A stretch of 64,000 nt of DNA from a virus (taxonomy: Duplodnaviria > Caudoviricetes): positions 1,560 through 65,559 of the IMG/VR virus record IMGVR_UViG_3300017774_007926, one strand, 5' to 3'. Below, piece after piece: positions 1 through 11,000 of the stretch. A program made the position numbers and the translations under genes. Numbering within the stretch: position 1 is the first letter of the stretch; each line of letters opens with the position of its first letter. The notes under the pieces are model-generated. The model had not been told where the DNA came from. It searched no databases and saw only the letters and a list, made by a program, of their open reading frames with translations.

Positions 1-2
1 CT

Positions 3-2246
3 GACACAGGAGGAAGTGTTGGAAAAGGTAATGTTTCTTATACTTATGCTATAGGAAAATTCACAATAACCAATAATGAATATATTGATTTTTTAAGGGC
101 TGTGGCAGTAACTGACACTCATCTTCTTTACAATACCCTTATGGCAAATGTCAGGGGCGGTATCACAAGATCTGGAAGTAACGGAAGTTACACTTACTCC
201 GTGAAAACTAATTATGGTGACAAGCCGGTGATATCTGTAAGTTGGTTTGATTGTGCAAGATACTGCAATTGGCTTCATAATGGTAAACGAACTGGACCTC
301 AAGATAATAGCACAACCGAAGATGGAGCATATACCCTAAATGAAAGAATTACTGGAGATGCAGTAGCCAAAAATCCTGGAGCAAAATATCACATTCCCAC
401 AGAAAATGAATGGTATAAAGCGGCTTACTATAAGGGTGGTGGTACTAGTGCAGGATATTGGGTATATGCCACTCAAAGTGATGAAGTTCCAACCTGCGTT
501 AATGCAAATATCTACGGGGATGGTATACTGCCACAGCCTTCGCTAACGCCGACCTCAACACCTACATTAACCCCAACTCCAAGTATAACATCTACTGTAA
601 CGTCAACACCAACAATTACTCCAACAGTCACTAGAACACAAGATCCAACTCCAACGGTAACTCCGACAATAACGGTAACTCCGACAATAACATCAACAGT
701 AACAACAACATTAACCCAAACAGCAACTCCAACGCCAACAATAACTCCGCCGCCGCCTCCTATTTTAGAGATATCACGAAGCAACGCGGCCACCGAAGGC
801 CCGAGTACGTTCACAGTAGGAGGGACATCTTCCAGTCCGACATTCACTCGTTCCGGTAGCCTGACTTACGGTGACGTCGACGGCCTGAGCCGTTATACAT
901 GGACTGCAAATGGCGATTCAATTGTGACTGTGACCTCCTCTTTTTACGATCCACAGGGTGACGAAAGTAGTGGTGTAATTAGACTCAACAGAGGCGGAGT
1001 CGTAACCACTGTTGGTGACAGTAGGACATGCTCGTTCTCTGTTATCACAGGTGACATAATTTTCTTTTTGACAAACTCAAACGATCATTCTTTTTCTAAC
1101 GTCAGCGTCTCGGCAGAACAAGTATTGCCTGATCCATACTTCGGATATGTTTCTTTGCTAGTTGGAGCAAACGGAACAGGCAATACATTTACTGATTCAT
1201 CATCAATGTCAAGCATAAGAACAATATCAACTAGCGGCAACGCAACTCAGTCTGCAACTCAAAGTGTGTTTGGTGGAAAGTCATTATATATACCAGATAA
1301 TACTTCTTATCTAAGTACTCCAATATATTATTATAGCGAGTTTTCATTCTACGATGATTTTGCTTTAGAAGCATGGGTACGCCCGACCTCATTAATTTCT
1401 GATGCTCCAATATTTGACGCTCGTCAGTTTCCATCGGTCACAGCTCCAGACAATTGGTATTTAGCACTAAAGAATGTTTCTGGTACCTATAGAGTATCTT
1501 TTGAGGCAGATAGTGGTCCGGGGAATACCTTGACAACAAGTAGTACTAGTGTACCACTAAACTCATGGACTCATGTTGCTGTTGTTAGATCTTCTGGTGT
1601 TATATCAATCTATGTTAATGGAGTAAAAGACTCAACAACATTATCTTATTCGTCTGATATATTAGCAGGAGCGGTAGACAATAATGGTATTTTACGTATT
1701 GGAAGAACTAATATCTCAACATTTTTTTCTAGTATTAATTTTCCCGGATACTTAGACGAATTAAGAATTACTAATGGAAGTAGCAGAGGATATTCTGGAA
1801 GTACAATAACATTACCAACTTCAGCATTCTCAAGCTCTGGTCCAGCAGCTGCCTCTAAATTAACCATATCAAGAGTAGGAGATGCTGGCGGTACTGATAC
1901 TAGTTCATTTGGAGCTATTGCTAATGGAACAGCAGTTCTTCCTTATTATAGAGCAGCAGAAATATATATCAATAAGCCTGGGATTCCTAATGGTATAGGA
2001 TATTATAGATTTACAGCTACTTCATTAGCTACAAAAGTAATAATAAAAGCAACATTTAATGATGATACTAGTGATGGTAATGAAGGTAAGATCTATAAAA
2101 ATGATAGTGTGGCAATACCTACTTTATTTGGTGATGGTGACACCCAAACAAACGTAATTTCTGTTACTAATGGCGATATCATAACTTTTGGTTCAGATGG
2201 CGATGGTGTATGTACATTTAAAGATGTTGCGATATTTGCGGTATAA
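3..2246 (+). CDS. Fibre/adhesin-like virion protein (5' truncated): partial FGE-sulfatase/CLec domain, Thr/Pro linker, two copies of a beta-rich module flanking a LamG domain
   Basis: Frame is open from base 3 (DTGGSVGKGNVSYTYAIGKFTITNNEY...). FGE-like motifs PVISVSWFDCARYCNWLHNG and IPTENEWYKAAYY; LamG motifs FALEAWVRP, WTHVAVVRSSG and GYLDELRIT. Confidence 0.7.
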   Translation, partial: DTGGSVGKGNVSYTYAIGKFTITNNEYIDFLRAVAVTDTHLLYNTLMANVRGGITRSGSNGSYTYSVKTNYGDKPVISVSWFDCARYCNWLHNGKRTGPQDNSTTEDGAYTLNERITGDAVAKNPGAKYHIPTENEWYKAAYYKGGGTSAGYWVYATQSDEVPTCVNANIYGDGILPQPSLTPTSTPTLTPTPSITSTVTSTPTITPTVTRTQDPTPTVTPTITVTPTITSTVTTTLTQTATPTPTITPPPPPILEISRSNAATEGPSTFTVGGTSSSPTFTRSGSLTYGDVDGLSRYTWTANGDSIVTVTSSFYDPQGDESSGVIRLNRGGVVTTVGDSRTCSFSVITGDIIFFLTNSNDHSFSNVSVSAEQVLPDPYFGYVSLLVGANGTGNTFTDSSSMSSIRTISTSGNATQSATQSVFGGKSLYIPDNTSYLSTPIYYYSEFSFYDDFALEAWVRPTSLISDAPIFDARQFPSVTAPDNWYLALKNVSGTYRVSFEADSGPGNTLTTSSTSVPLNSWTHVAVVRSSGVISIYVNGVKDSTTLSYSSDILAGAVDNNGILRIGRTNISTFFSSINFPGYLDELRITNGSSRGYSGSTITLPTSAFSSSGPAAASKLTISRVGDAGGTDTSSFGAIANGTAVLPYYRAAEIYINKPGIPNGIGYYRFTATSLATKVIIKATFNDDTSDGNEGKIYKNDSVAIPTLFGDGDTQTNVISVTNGDIITFGSDGDGVCTFKDVAIFAV
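2205..2211 (+). promoter_or_regulatory. GGTGTAT motif (candidate phage-specific promoter)
   Basis: Exact motif about 37 nt upstream of ATG 2248; lies inside the preceding CDS. Confidence 0.4.
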
Positions 2247-2247
2247 T

Positions 2248-2687
2248 ATGACTAATATGTTGTTTAGATCCTGTAGCTGGTTATAATAATACTAAATAGA
2301 CCTAAAATCACAAGTCCCGGTTTGGACCGTAGCAAATGAAACAGTTGGTAATTGGCCATTTTTGACACAAACTACTCTAGCACCACAAACTGCTGTAGGA
2401 TGAAATGCAACATTTTCTTTCCCTGTAAGCGTTATTGGCGAAGCATCAGTCCCAACATACCAATGGTACAAAGGCTCAACATTGATATCAAGCCCCCACA
2501 ATATCCACAACAATTAAATTATATTCCTGCCGCAACATCTAGCACATTAAATCTTACTGGTCTTACCAACGCTAATGATAACAATAAATACTACCGCTGT
2601 ATAGCCAAAACAAGTATAAGTTATTTCGGTGGTACTATCTATTATTCTATCAATAGTAATATCGTTCAATTGACAGTACCAAGTTAA
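2248..2687 (+). pseudogene. Degraded Ig-like (I-set type) domain gene
   Basis: Ig motifs are spread over several frames: QTAVG*NATFSF...PTYQWYKGST (in-frame TGA at 2401, TAA at 2515), then ATSSTLNLTGL...YYRCIA...SNIVQLTV in the 2352..2687 frame. Further frameshifts occur near 2255-2300. Confidence 0.6.
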
Positions 2688-2736
2688 TGAGATACTATAT
2701 AGATAGTACTGAAAAAATTTAGAAATATAATCAATT

Positions 2737-5679
2737 ATGACCATTTATCCCCTACCATTCAACGTAGCCTCGAAATATTTATTTTTTACCTATCTTGCTG
2801 ATAGTGATCCTTATTTTTCACAGGTTGCTCTTTTGCTTAATGGAAATTCTCTGGTTGATTCATCAATTTACAATCGGTCTGTTACATCAAATACTCCGGC
2901 AATAATATCGTCTTCAGATAAAAAATTTGGTTCTGGGAGTTTTTATAATCCTGATACTGGAGATTATGGGAATGGATATTTTACATTGAGTGGCACAGAT
3001 TCAGTGTTTTTGTCTGGAGACTTTGCTATTGAGTGGTGGATGAAAAAACCAAATTTTACTGATAGTGGATTTATTCTAAGACCAATCTCTGGATCAGATA
3101 AAAGTATTCGGTTATTTTGTTCATCGGGAGAATTGAAACTAGGCGCTGGCATAGGGGGCTATCAATTAAGCTTTACAGGACTAAATGAATACCTAGTAAA
3201 TAATAGGTGGCAACACTTTGTTATATCACGATCAGGATCATCAAACAAACTATATATTGATGGAATTCAAAGAGGTAATACTATAATTGATAATACCGAA
3301 TATTCTTTGGATAGAACAATGGGCTTTATGACTTATTTTATTGGTAGAAATGCTTATTTTAAAGGATATATCGACGACTTTAGAATCACTAATAATTTTC
3401 ATAGAGGATACACAGGATCGGCTATTAATGTACCAATTAGTGAATTCCCAAATAGCTCAGTTCCAAGATCAATGAACATCAAGGACTTAAACTCTAATGC
3501 TTTATCTCAAATAGAAAAAATTATTACAGTTTCTGATGATGGAGATCATTATATAGAGTATATTCCTGGTAACAAATATAATTCCTTAGAAACTCTAGAA
3601 CCTAATAAAAACTATCTTTTAATTAGCAAGCTTAATCGCCCAGACTATGTTTTGTACCAGCAAACATTACCAGATAATACCAATCCACTAGTATCATTAG
3701 ATAAACCAATCAATATCATAAAATATACTGGACCAAATATTAATCTATATGATGCTGATTGGATCAATAGTATTGGGTATATTTATGGTTTAAACAATAG
3801 CAAAAATGGGTTTTCTGCTTGGATCACTAATCAAGGATCTTTGGACTATAATAGTTTAAAATATCTAGAAAAAAACCAGTATTATATTATAGCTAAGAAT
3901 ACTGTTGGTGGACCAACTATAACAACTCGTACCCCAACTCCAACACCATCAGTAACACAAACATTTACTCCTACAAACACCATAACTCCTACAATAACAG
4001 TTACAAAAACTACTACTCCAACATTGACTATAAGTCCAACATTAACCATAAGTCCAACAACTACTCCATCCAACACAAAAACTCCAGGCGCTACTCCAAC
4101 AGTAACTCCAACCAATACAGCAACCACAAGCGTTACTCCCACAATAACATCGACTATCACTGTAACGCCTACAATCACATCAACTATTGCCATAACAAAA
4201 ACAACAACATCAACACCAACAGCAACAAATACTCCAACCCCAAGCATTACTATTACTAAAACCTCAACCTCTACGCCAACCCTAACCTCTACTCCAACGC
4301 CAACCCCATCTCCATCATCATCTTCTACTTTAAACGATCCATACTACTCATTTGTCACAATGTTGTTGCATTTTGATAGAGATAATGATAGTTTCATAGA
4401 TTCTTCATCCATATGCCCAGCTAGAGACATATCAGCAGCAGGACTTGCCACACAATCATCAACACAGAGTAAGTGGGGAGGTAAGAGCCTATATGGTCAA
4501 AACGGCTCTTATTTAAGTACATCTTCTACCGGACTGTCTTTAAGTGGTGATTTCGTTATTGAGGCATGGATATATCCGACTAGTTTAGCGACTTATGCTC
4601 CTATTATTGATACTAGAAGTGCTGCTGCAACTTATACCAACTGGCTTCTTGGTATATGGAATATAGGAACATATCGTTTAGACTTTGTAAGTAGTGCTGG
4701 TATTGGTTCTCGTTTTACAAGTAATTCTTCTATTCCTATTAATACCTGGACCCATGTTGCTATAGTCAGATCATCTGGAATTATTGGAGGATATATTAAT
4801 GGTGCTGTTGATAGTAATACTGTATCTTACTCCGCAGATATTACACCAGTATCTCCTAATGCTATCATAGGCACTAATGTGGATGCAAATTATTTTCCAG
4901 GCTATATAGACGATATTCGTATAACAAATGGGTCTAACAGAGGCTATACTGGTAGCAGCATACAGATACCATCATCAGCATTTTCTAATGGAACAAAAAC
5001 CACCGATCCCTCCTTTTCTTTAGTCTCTTTATTATTACCTTTTAATAACCAAGCTAATAGAGATTTCTCGCCTTCCCCAAAGAATGTTTCGGTTTTTGGA
5101 AGTCCCACGTATTCGTCAACACAGAAAAAATATGGTTGTGGTAGCATGTTTTTCGGTGGTTCTAATAGCACCTATATGACAGTAGCACCATCTACATCAT
5201 TAGATTTTGGATCATCAGATATGGCGATTGAGTTCTGGTTTTTAACAGGTCAAAGTACTCCGCTTGCTACTATTCTAAATCGTGACTGGGGATCTTCACC
5301 ATATGCCGGTGGTTGGTCAATATTATTAAATGGACTCGGATCAAGTCCTTTAACTATTTATTGGGCAGATTATAGTAATTCTTCGCCTTTCTTAGTATCT
5401 TCTATAGACACATACAGAGACTCTCAGTGGCATCATTTTGTATGGTCTAGGACAGGCAACGTTCATAACATGTATATTGATGGACTTAATGTAGCCACCA
5501 GAACAACAGCTATTAATTTTGCTGCATCATCCAATAATCTAACTATTGGAACAGACACAACTTTTGGACCAAGACCCTTTAACGGCTATATTGATGATTT
5601 AAGAATAACAAAAGGATATAATAGAGCATACTCTGGAGATTTTATAGATGTACCAACAGAGGAGTTTGGGCAAAGCTAA
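2737..5679 (+). CDS. Multi-LamG (concanavalin A-like) fibre protein with Thr/Pro linker
   Basis: Three LamG repeats, each opened by DP(Y/S)(F/Y)S.V.LLL and closed by GYIDD.RIT; T/P-rich linker at about 3913-4329. Confidence 0.75.
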   Translation: MTIYPLPFNVASKYLFFTYLADSDPYFSQVALLLNGNSLVDSSIYNRSVTSNTPAIISSSDKKFGSGSFYNPDTGDYGNGYFTLSGTDSVFLSGDFAIEWWMKKPNFTDSGFILRPISGSDKSIRLFCSSGELKLGAGIGGYQLSFTGLNEYLVNNRWQHFVISRSGSSNKLYIDGIQRGNTIIDNTEYSLDRTMGFMTYFIGRNAYFKGYIDDFRITNNFHRGYTGSAINVPISEFPNSSVPRSMNIKDLNSNALSQIEKIITVSDDGDHYIEYIPGNKYNSLETLEPNKNYLLISKLNRPDYVLYQQTLPDNTNPLVSLDKPINIIKYTGPNINLYDADWINSIGYIYGLNNSKNGFSAWITNQGSLDYNSLKYLEKNQYYIIAKNTVGGPTITTRTPTPTPSVTQTFTPTNTITPTITVTKTTTPTLTISPTLTISPTTTPSNTKTPGATPTVTPTNTATTSVTPTITSTITVTPTITSTIAITKTTTSTPTATNTPTPSITITKTSTSTPTLTSTPTPTPSPSSSSTLNDPYYSFVTMLLHFDRDNDSFIDSSSICPARDISAAGLATQSSTQSKWGGKSLYGQNGSYLSTSSTGLSLSGDFVIEAWIYPTSLATYAPIIDTRSAAATYTNWLLGIWNIGTYRLDFVSSAGIGSRFTSNSSIPINTWTHVAIVRSSGIIGGYINGAVDSNTVSYSADITPVSPNAIIGTNVDANYFPGYIDDIRITNGSNRGYTGSSIQIPSSAFSNGTKTTDPSFSLVSLLLPFNNQANRDFSPSPKNVSVFGSPTYSSTQKKYGCGSMFFGGSNSTYMTVAPSTSLDFGSSDMAIEFWFLTGQSTPLATILNRDWGSSPYAGGWSILLNGLGSSPLTIYWADYSNSSPFLVSSIDTYRDSQWHHFVWSRTGNVHNMYIDGLNVATRTTAINFAASSNNLTIGTDTTFGPRPFNGYIDDLRITKGYNRAYSGDFIDVPTEEFGQS

Positions 5680-5705
5680 TTAACGATATAAACAGATTAT
5701 TTTTT

Positions 5706-5712
5706 GGTGTAT
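5706..5712 (+). promoter_or_regulatory. GGTGTAT motif (candidate phage-specific promoter)
   Basis: Intergenic GGTGTATTTATAC followed by AAGGAG RBS and ATG 5737. Confidence 0.65.
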
Positions 5713-5736
5713 TTATACTTAAGGAGCATAAGAAAT

Positions 5737-5973
5737 ATGGTCAAAGACTTAAAAGTATCATTTCCAGATGGGAATATTATTAATAAAGCAAACGAAACTT
5801 GCAATTGTCCAAATGATATTGTAGTAGAAATACAAGACCTGATTCCTGGACGTAAATATACTGTGTATATTCAAAATTTGAATAATACTCCAGTAAGAAC
5901 ATTTCCAGAAAGCTTTAGTTTTGTAGCTAAGGAAGAACAAAAAAGAGTATCTTTCTACTACCAGTTCGTGTAA
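5737..5973 (+). CDS. Small hypothetical beta-sandwich-like protein
   Basis: ATG 5737 with AAGGAG RBS; MVKDLKVSFPDG...LIPGRKYTVYI. Confidence 0.6.
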   Translation: MVKDLKVSFPDGNIINKANETCNCPNDIVVEIQDLIPGRKYTVYIQNLNNTPVRTFPESFSFVAKEEQKRVSFYYQFV

Positions 5974-6007
5974 TTATCTGATAAGGGAAATTTTCTAAAG
6001 GAAAAAT

Positions 6008-8026
6008 ATGGTATATAGTAGTCCATTATATTATGAGGATGATAATCCATTATTCTCTACTCAGGCCGGAGAGGGATCAAGCTCTAATGGATCATCAGCC
6101 CCAACTAAGCCAGTTAGGGTATTTTATAATGGTACAGGACTGCATGACATTGCTGGTCCAGTACCCATGGTTGATTTATCAACAGTTTTTAATAGATCAG
6201 AAGCAGGAACATTATTTAGTATTACTACCAAAGTAACTCTTAATGGTAAGATACTAAGGGCTGCAAATACCTCAGGAACTAATCCAGACGGAACAGGAAC
6301 TGCCGTTATATTAGATGCCGCTCAAAGAATGACAGACTTATTTTCTCAAAGTGGTCTTGGTACTTTCCAAATACAATGCGGCAACTCTAATATTATAGAG
6401 GGGTGTGGGGTTAAAGTTAATTCTTTTGCTCTTAATAGGAGTAATGATAATTGGATTTTTTCTGCTGATTATAGTATTGATTTAGAATATAGCAAACCCG
6501 GCCCCAGTGGGCAATTAATTAAAAGCGGATCAGACTCTTGGTCATTAGAACCAATGGAAGAGTATGTTTATGCTTCATTTGCCAAAGATGTCACTCAAAA
6601 ATCAGAATATCATAATCCTCTTTTAAATCCTCCACTACCAGCGCCAGGAGCATCCAACGGAAGTAGCAATACCAGCACAACAAAATTGGTACCATCAGCA
6701 AGCAATGCTGGAGAACCCAGCCCATATGGAACTTCAGCATTAAATTTTACCAACATACCACAATTTAAACTATCTCGTAGGATTTCGGCAGAAGGAATAT
6801 CTGGCCCTAGCGGAACAGGTTGCGGGGTTAATGTTTCTGCATATTTAAATGCTAAAAATTGGGTAGCAGAAAGAGTAGCGCAGCCCTACGGGGCAGGAAA
6901 TACTTCCAGCAGTTCCGGAATATCTTTTGGTATATCAGCGACTCCCAACATATCAAATTTTTCAAATTTATTTCTGTATAATCATTTGAGAACAATAAGC
7001 TTTAGCGAGACTGCCGGATCTTATGAAGTTAATGAGACATGGCTAGCTATGCCTACCGGCATAAAATATGTAGAAGACTATACTGTAGAAGCTTCAACAG
7101 ATGAAAGATTTGTAAGAACAGTAAGGGTACAAGGAAGTGTTAAAGGATTAATGATATCTCCCTTTCCTATCATGAGTGGAGCTTCTGGTCTGGTTCCAAC
7201 AACCGGAAAGATTGATTTATCTCCCTATCTTAGAAATGGTGAATCAGGAACTATTTCTCAACAAATTTTAGACTCATCAGGATTAAGTATTAGCTCTAAT
7301 GATCAAAAATTTTATGCGAGTAAGTATGAGAACGCTTTAAGCGGATGGTTAAATGATATAAAACCATACTTATATAGAAGAGCTAGCTTTCCTATAAATC
7401 TTGAAAGAAGCACAGATGATTACGTATCATCAACTACCACTCCCCAGCCTCCACCACTAAACCCAACATACTGTAAACAAAAATTACTAAATATTATCCC
7501 AATCTCAACAAATGAAGGACACGACTCAAGAAAAGGAACAATTAGCTATTCTTATGAATTTAATGACAGATTTAGATTTATAAGCGGAGTATTAGCAGAA
7601 AATATCAGTATTAACCAGACTGGTCCTGTTGATGTTATTAATGAGGCTTTTGTTCTTGGTCGTCGTTTAGGGCCGGTATTACAGTCTTTAGGAGCTAAAA
7701 CTAGCGCTAAAAAAGATTTGACTTTTGAAATTATTGTTGTTCCTCCTAGTAGCTTTAATGGATTTATGTTGACTAGTAAAGAGTGTCCATTATGGACTGG
7801 TGGTACTACCTATAAAACAATTCAAGAAATTATAGAAGGATTTAAGCCTTTTGGTGATAGGCAATCTTCAATTTTTGGTACTTTTGCTACTCGCACTAAT
7901 GACACCGGACAAGTATTTGTATCTCAAGACAATTCTAGCTGGAATCCAACGGAAGGAAGATATACTAGAACAATAGGATGGGTATATCAAACCTGTAATT
8001 TATCAAGATCTTATTTAGATGATTAA
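6008..8026 (+). CDS. Putative virion structural (tail-associated) protein
   Basis: 672-aa Ser/Gly/Thr-rich ORF in the structural operon; no recognised family. Confidence 0.55.
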   Translation: MVYSSPLYYEDDNPLFSTQAGEGSSSNGSSAPTKPVRVFYNGTGLHDIAGPVPMVDLSTVFNRSEAGTLFSITTKVTLNGKILRAANTSGTNPDGTGTAVILDAAQRMTDLFSQSGLGTFQIQCGNSNIIEGCGVKVNSFALNRSNDNWIFSADYSIDLEYSKPGPSGQLIKSGSDSWSLEPMEEYVYASFAKDVTQKSEYHNPLLNPPLPAPGASNGSSNTSTTKLVPSASNAGEPSPYGTSALNFTNIPQFKLSRRISAEGISGPSGTGCGVNVSAYLNAKNWVAERVAQPYGAGNTSSSSGISFGISATPNISNFSNLFLYNHLRTISFSETAGSYEVNETWLAMPTGIKYVEDYTVEASTDERFVRTVRVQGSVKGLMISPFPIMSGASGLVPTTGKIDLSPYLRNGESGTISQQILDSSGLSISSNDQKFYASKYENALSGWLNDIKPYLYRRASFPINLERSTDDYVSSTTTPQPPPLNPTYCKQKLLNIIPISTNEGHDSRKGTISYSYEFNDRFRFISGVLAENISINQTGPVDVINEAFVLGRRLGPVLQSLGAKTSAKKDLTFEIIVVPPSSFNGFMLTSKECPLWTGGTTYKTIQEIIEGFKPFGDRQSSIFGTFATRTNDTGQVFVSQDNSSWNPTEGRYTRTIGWVYQTCNLSRSYLDD

Positions 8027-8028
8027 AT

Positions 8029-11000
8029 ATGGCAACACAAAGATGTAATAGCTATGACAAAATTATTGCTCAAACCTTGTTCTTAGGAGCAAGCGTATCA
8101 AATTTCAATGTTAGTAAAGGATGGGGCGGACAAGCCTCTCAATTAACAGTTAATTTGGTCGATGATAAAAATCCTTTTGCTTGCTTGGTTGGTCGAGGAA
8201 CAAGCTCTGCAGCAATATCCAAGCAGTTTCCAAAATCTGTAGATGAAGGCAAGCCTATTGACAACAGAGATCTTAGTCCTGCTGTTGATACGTATATAGG
8301 AATACCTACCCAAGAGTTAATTGCAAAGTTAAAGCTATCTTCTTTTGATCTTCCTAATCATTACTATGACTGTAGCGGTATCAACTGTTATATAGATACA
8401 ACAGGCATTGCTGCTACGACAGGAACAGCAGCAACACCAGGAAATCCGCCCATTCCAGGGATTCCAGGAACAAAACTAGAAGATCTTATGGTTCCTGGTA
8501 AAGTTTTTTATGAATTTATTTCTAATTATGCCGAACCTACTGGTGTTTTTTCTAAGTATTGGCTAAATAGTGATCCTGGATTTTTTGGTAAACCAAATAG
8601 AATTTCAATAGATGGAACTCTAATAACTAAATATCAAAGCGATAATTCAAATCTCAATAAAGGATATGACATTATTAATACTCCCGTTTATTTTAAAATG
8701 GGAGATTTTGCTTTTGGTGGAGTTGTACAATCTTGGAGTAGCAGCTTAAATTCAGGAGGAGAAAATTATACTGTTAATATTGCTGGATTTGAGAGTGTTT
8801 TATCAAACTGTTATGTGATATTAGATAGTTTTGCTGGTGCTGTTTATAGTAGAACAACTAGTACTAAGCCTGGTACAGATAATAGTTTTGCTGGTCCAAG
8901 AAATTATATAGGTAGAGAATCCGTTGATTATTATGGACCAATATCTAGTGGGAATATGCCTAATGTTTTTAATGTTTATGGATTTTTAGAGTCTTTAGGA
9001 CAAGGCGGATTTGGTGGGGCAAATATTAATCAGGATGGTATATCTGCAAATAAAATTGTTGACGCTTTATCAGTATTAACTTCTAGCACTGTTAATAGTA
9101 GTCCTTCTTTTTTTTCTGATATGGACCAAGGTGCACCAAAAGATATTTACAGAGATTTTGGTTCAAAAAGTGCATTTTCTCCTTTTGGAAGAATTTTGGT
9201 AAAAACGATGCAGGAGTTTGATACATATAATCCGGTGGGAACAGGTTTTACAAGATTTGGTATTATACCTCCTACGTTGTCATATACCAGCACCAGACCA
9301 GCTACAACGCAAAATCCGATACAAGATAATTATTGTCAATTTGTACTAGACTTATCAGAACTACCAAGAACACCAAATGATTATAGAATAGCTGGTCCAG
9401 TTATTAGCATAATGGATCTTATTAATCAGATAACAGAAGAATCTGGATATGATTATAGTATATCGTACTATCCAACATTTTTTAACAATGTGTTATATAA
9501 CGTTATTAAGGTTCATACTATTTCTAGATTATCTCAACCAAAAACAAATAATATAGAAAATACTATCAAGCTATTACAGTGTCAAGGATATCCCATAAGC
9601 TCTGTTCAGGTTGGTAAAGAGAAAAACGAAACCAAAGCCAGACAAATGATCTTAGGAGGAAAACAACAAAGATTATATCAGGCAAAAAGTTTACGATTAG
9701 CCTACTCTCAAAATACATACATTTTAAACCCAATAACCTATCAATTCGTTGATTTTATGAGGATGGGAAGCTGGAAACCTGATAATTCAAGAACAAGAGA
9801 ACCAGGGAGTGGAGTTAGCGACTGGTATCATCATGGTAAAATTAAATTTCCCTCATTTTTATCAACCAGAAATGTAGATTTGTCTGCTATAATTAATCCG
9901 GCCTATAGTGGATTTTATGAATATCAAAATAAACTTCAAGATGAAATTACCACAATAAGTGGAACATTTAATACTTTAGATAGCAAATTTTCGGACGCAA
10001 ACAACTTAGGAAGCAATCAATTCAATCCGATACAGGGAAATTATGGTTCTGCTAATATTGTTAAACAAAGTGGTTTAGAACCAGCAACTGCCTCAGCTAA
10101 CATAACTACTGGCGCTTGGGGAAGTGATTCTAATGAAAGATTTTTTCCAATTTATATGGATGTTATATCTCCATTCTTTGGTTTTGCTATGGAGAGTGAA
10201 ATAACTGTAGATACAGGATCAGGCAACAATAATGATTTTAGAAAATTAAGACCTGTATTTTTTGATACATGGACAGGTCAGCTAGTTATTCTTTTGGGCA
10301 TATTTGAGTTACCAACGACCTCAGTAAATTTGGAAGGACTTTATTCTTCTAGAGGACAAAGCTATTTTACATTAACAGAAAATGAAATGCGAGCTGCTAT
10401 TGCTGGCTTTGAAAATTTCTTAGTATATTCATTATCTAAAACATATAAAAATGATATTATTGAAATGGTTAGAGGTGCATTTCAAAAGAAAAAATATGAT
10501 GAATACCTAGCAACTGGAGAATATACTGCTGATCAAGCTTTACAAGCGTCAATGGATGCTACTGACTGGTATTGGAAATTAACTAATAGCAATATTGCTG
10601 GCCCTTTTGGACAAACAATAGAAACAGCAGGAGACAAAGGAGACGGATCAGCAACTATTGATCCAGAGGCTTTAAAAGATTTACAAATCATACATAACTT
10701 TATTAATGATATAGCCAAGTATTATGGGAAAAAATACATGGTTCACGCTCCGTCATTACGCTCATACAGGGACGATCAATTTGCAGATGTAGTATTATCT
10801 ACTCAAGTAGGAGATGCTTATGTTTTTAGTGGAGGAGGCAATTTACATTATAATTACGAGCCAACTAATGATGGAGCCTGGGAAGAGTATGGTAATATAA
10901 TTGATGATACAATTGCTGTTGGTTCAACAAATTGGTATAATATTACCGATGATGTTGGTAAAATTAAACCTATAGTTGGATATAATATTAGTGAAAATTT

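Noticed and set aside
2398-2406. In-frame TGA suggesting stop-codon reassignment
   Set aside because: TGA (e.g. 32427, 35275) and TAG (53617) terminate normal genes, and the same gene also has frameshifts.
512-4247. Minus-strand Val/Gly-rich ORFs (512..847, 3882..4247) and other antisense ORFs in the track
   Set aside because: They are antisense shadows of the Thr/Pro repeats and of well-supported genes, with no coupling or RBS support.
1-5679. Diversity-generating retroelement acting on the FGE/LamG fibres
   Set aside because: No reverse transcriptase and no template/variable repeat pair were seen in the window.
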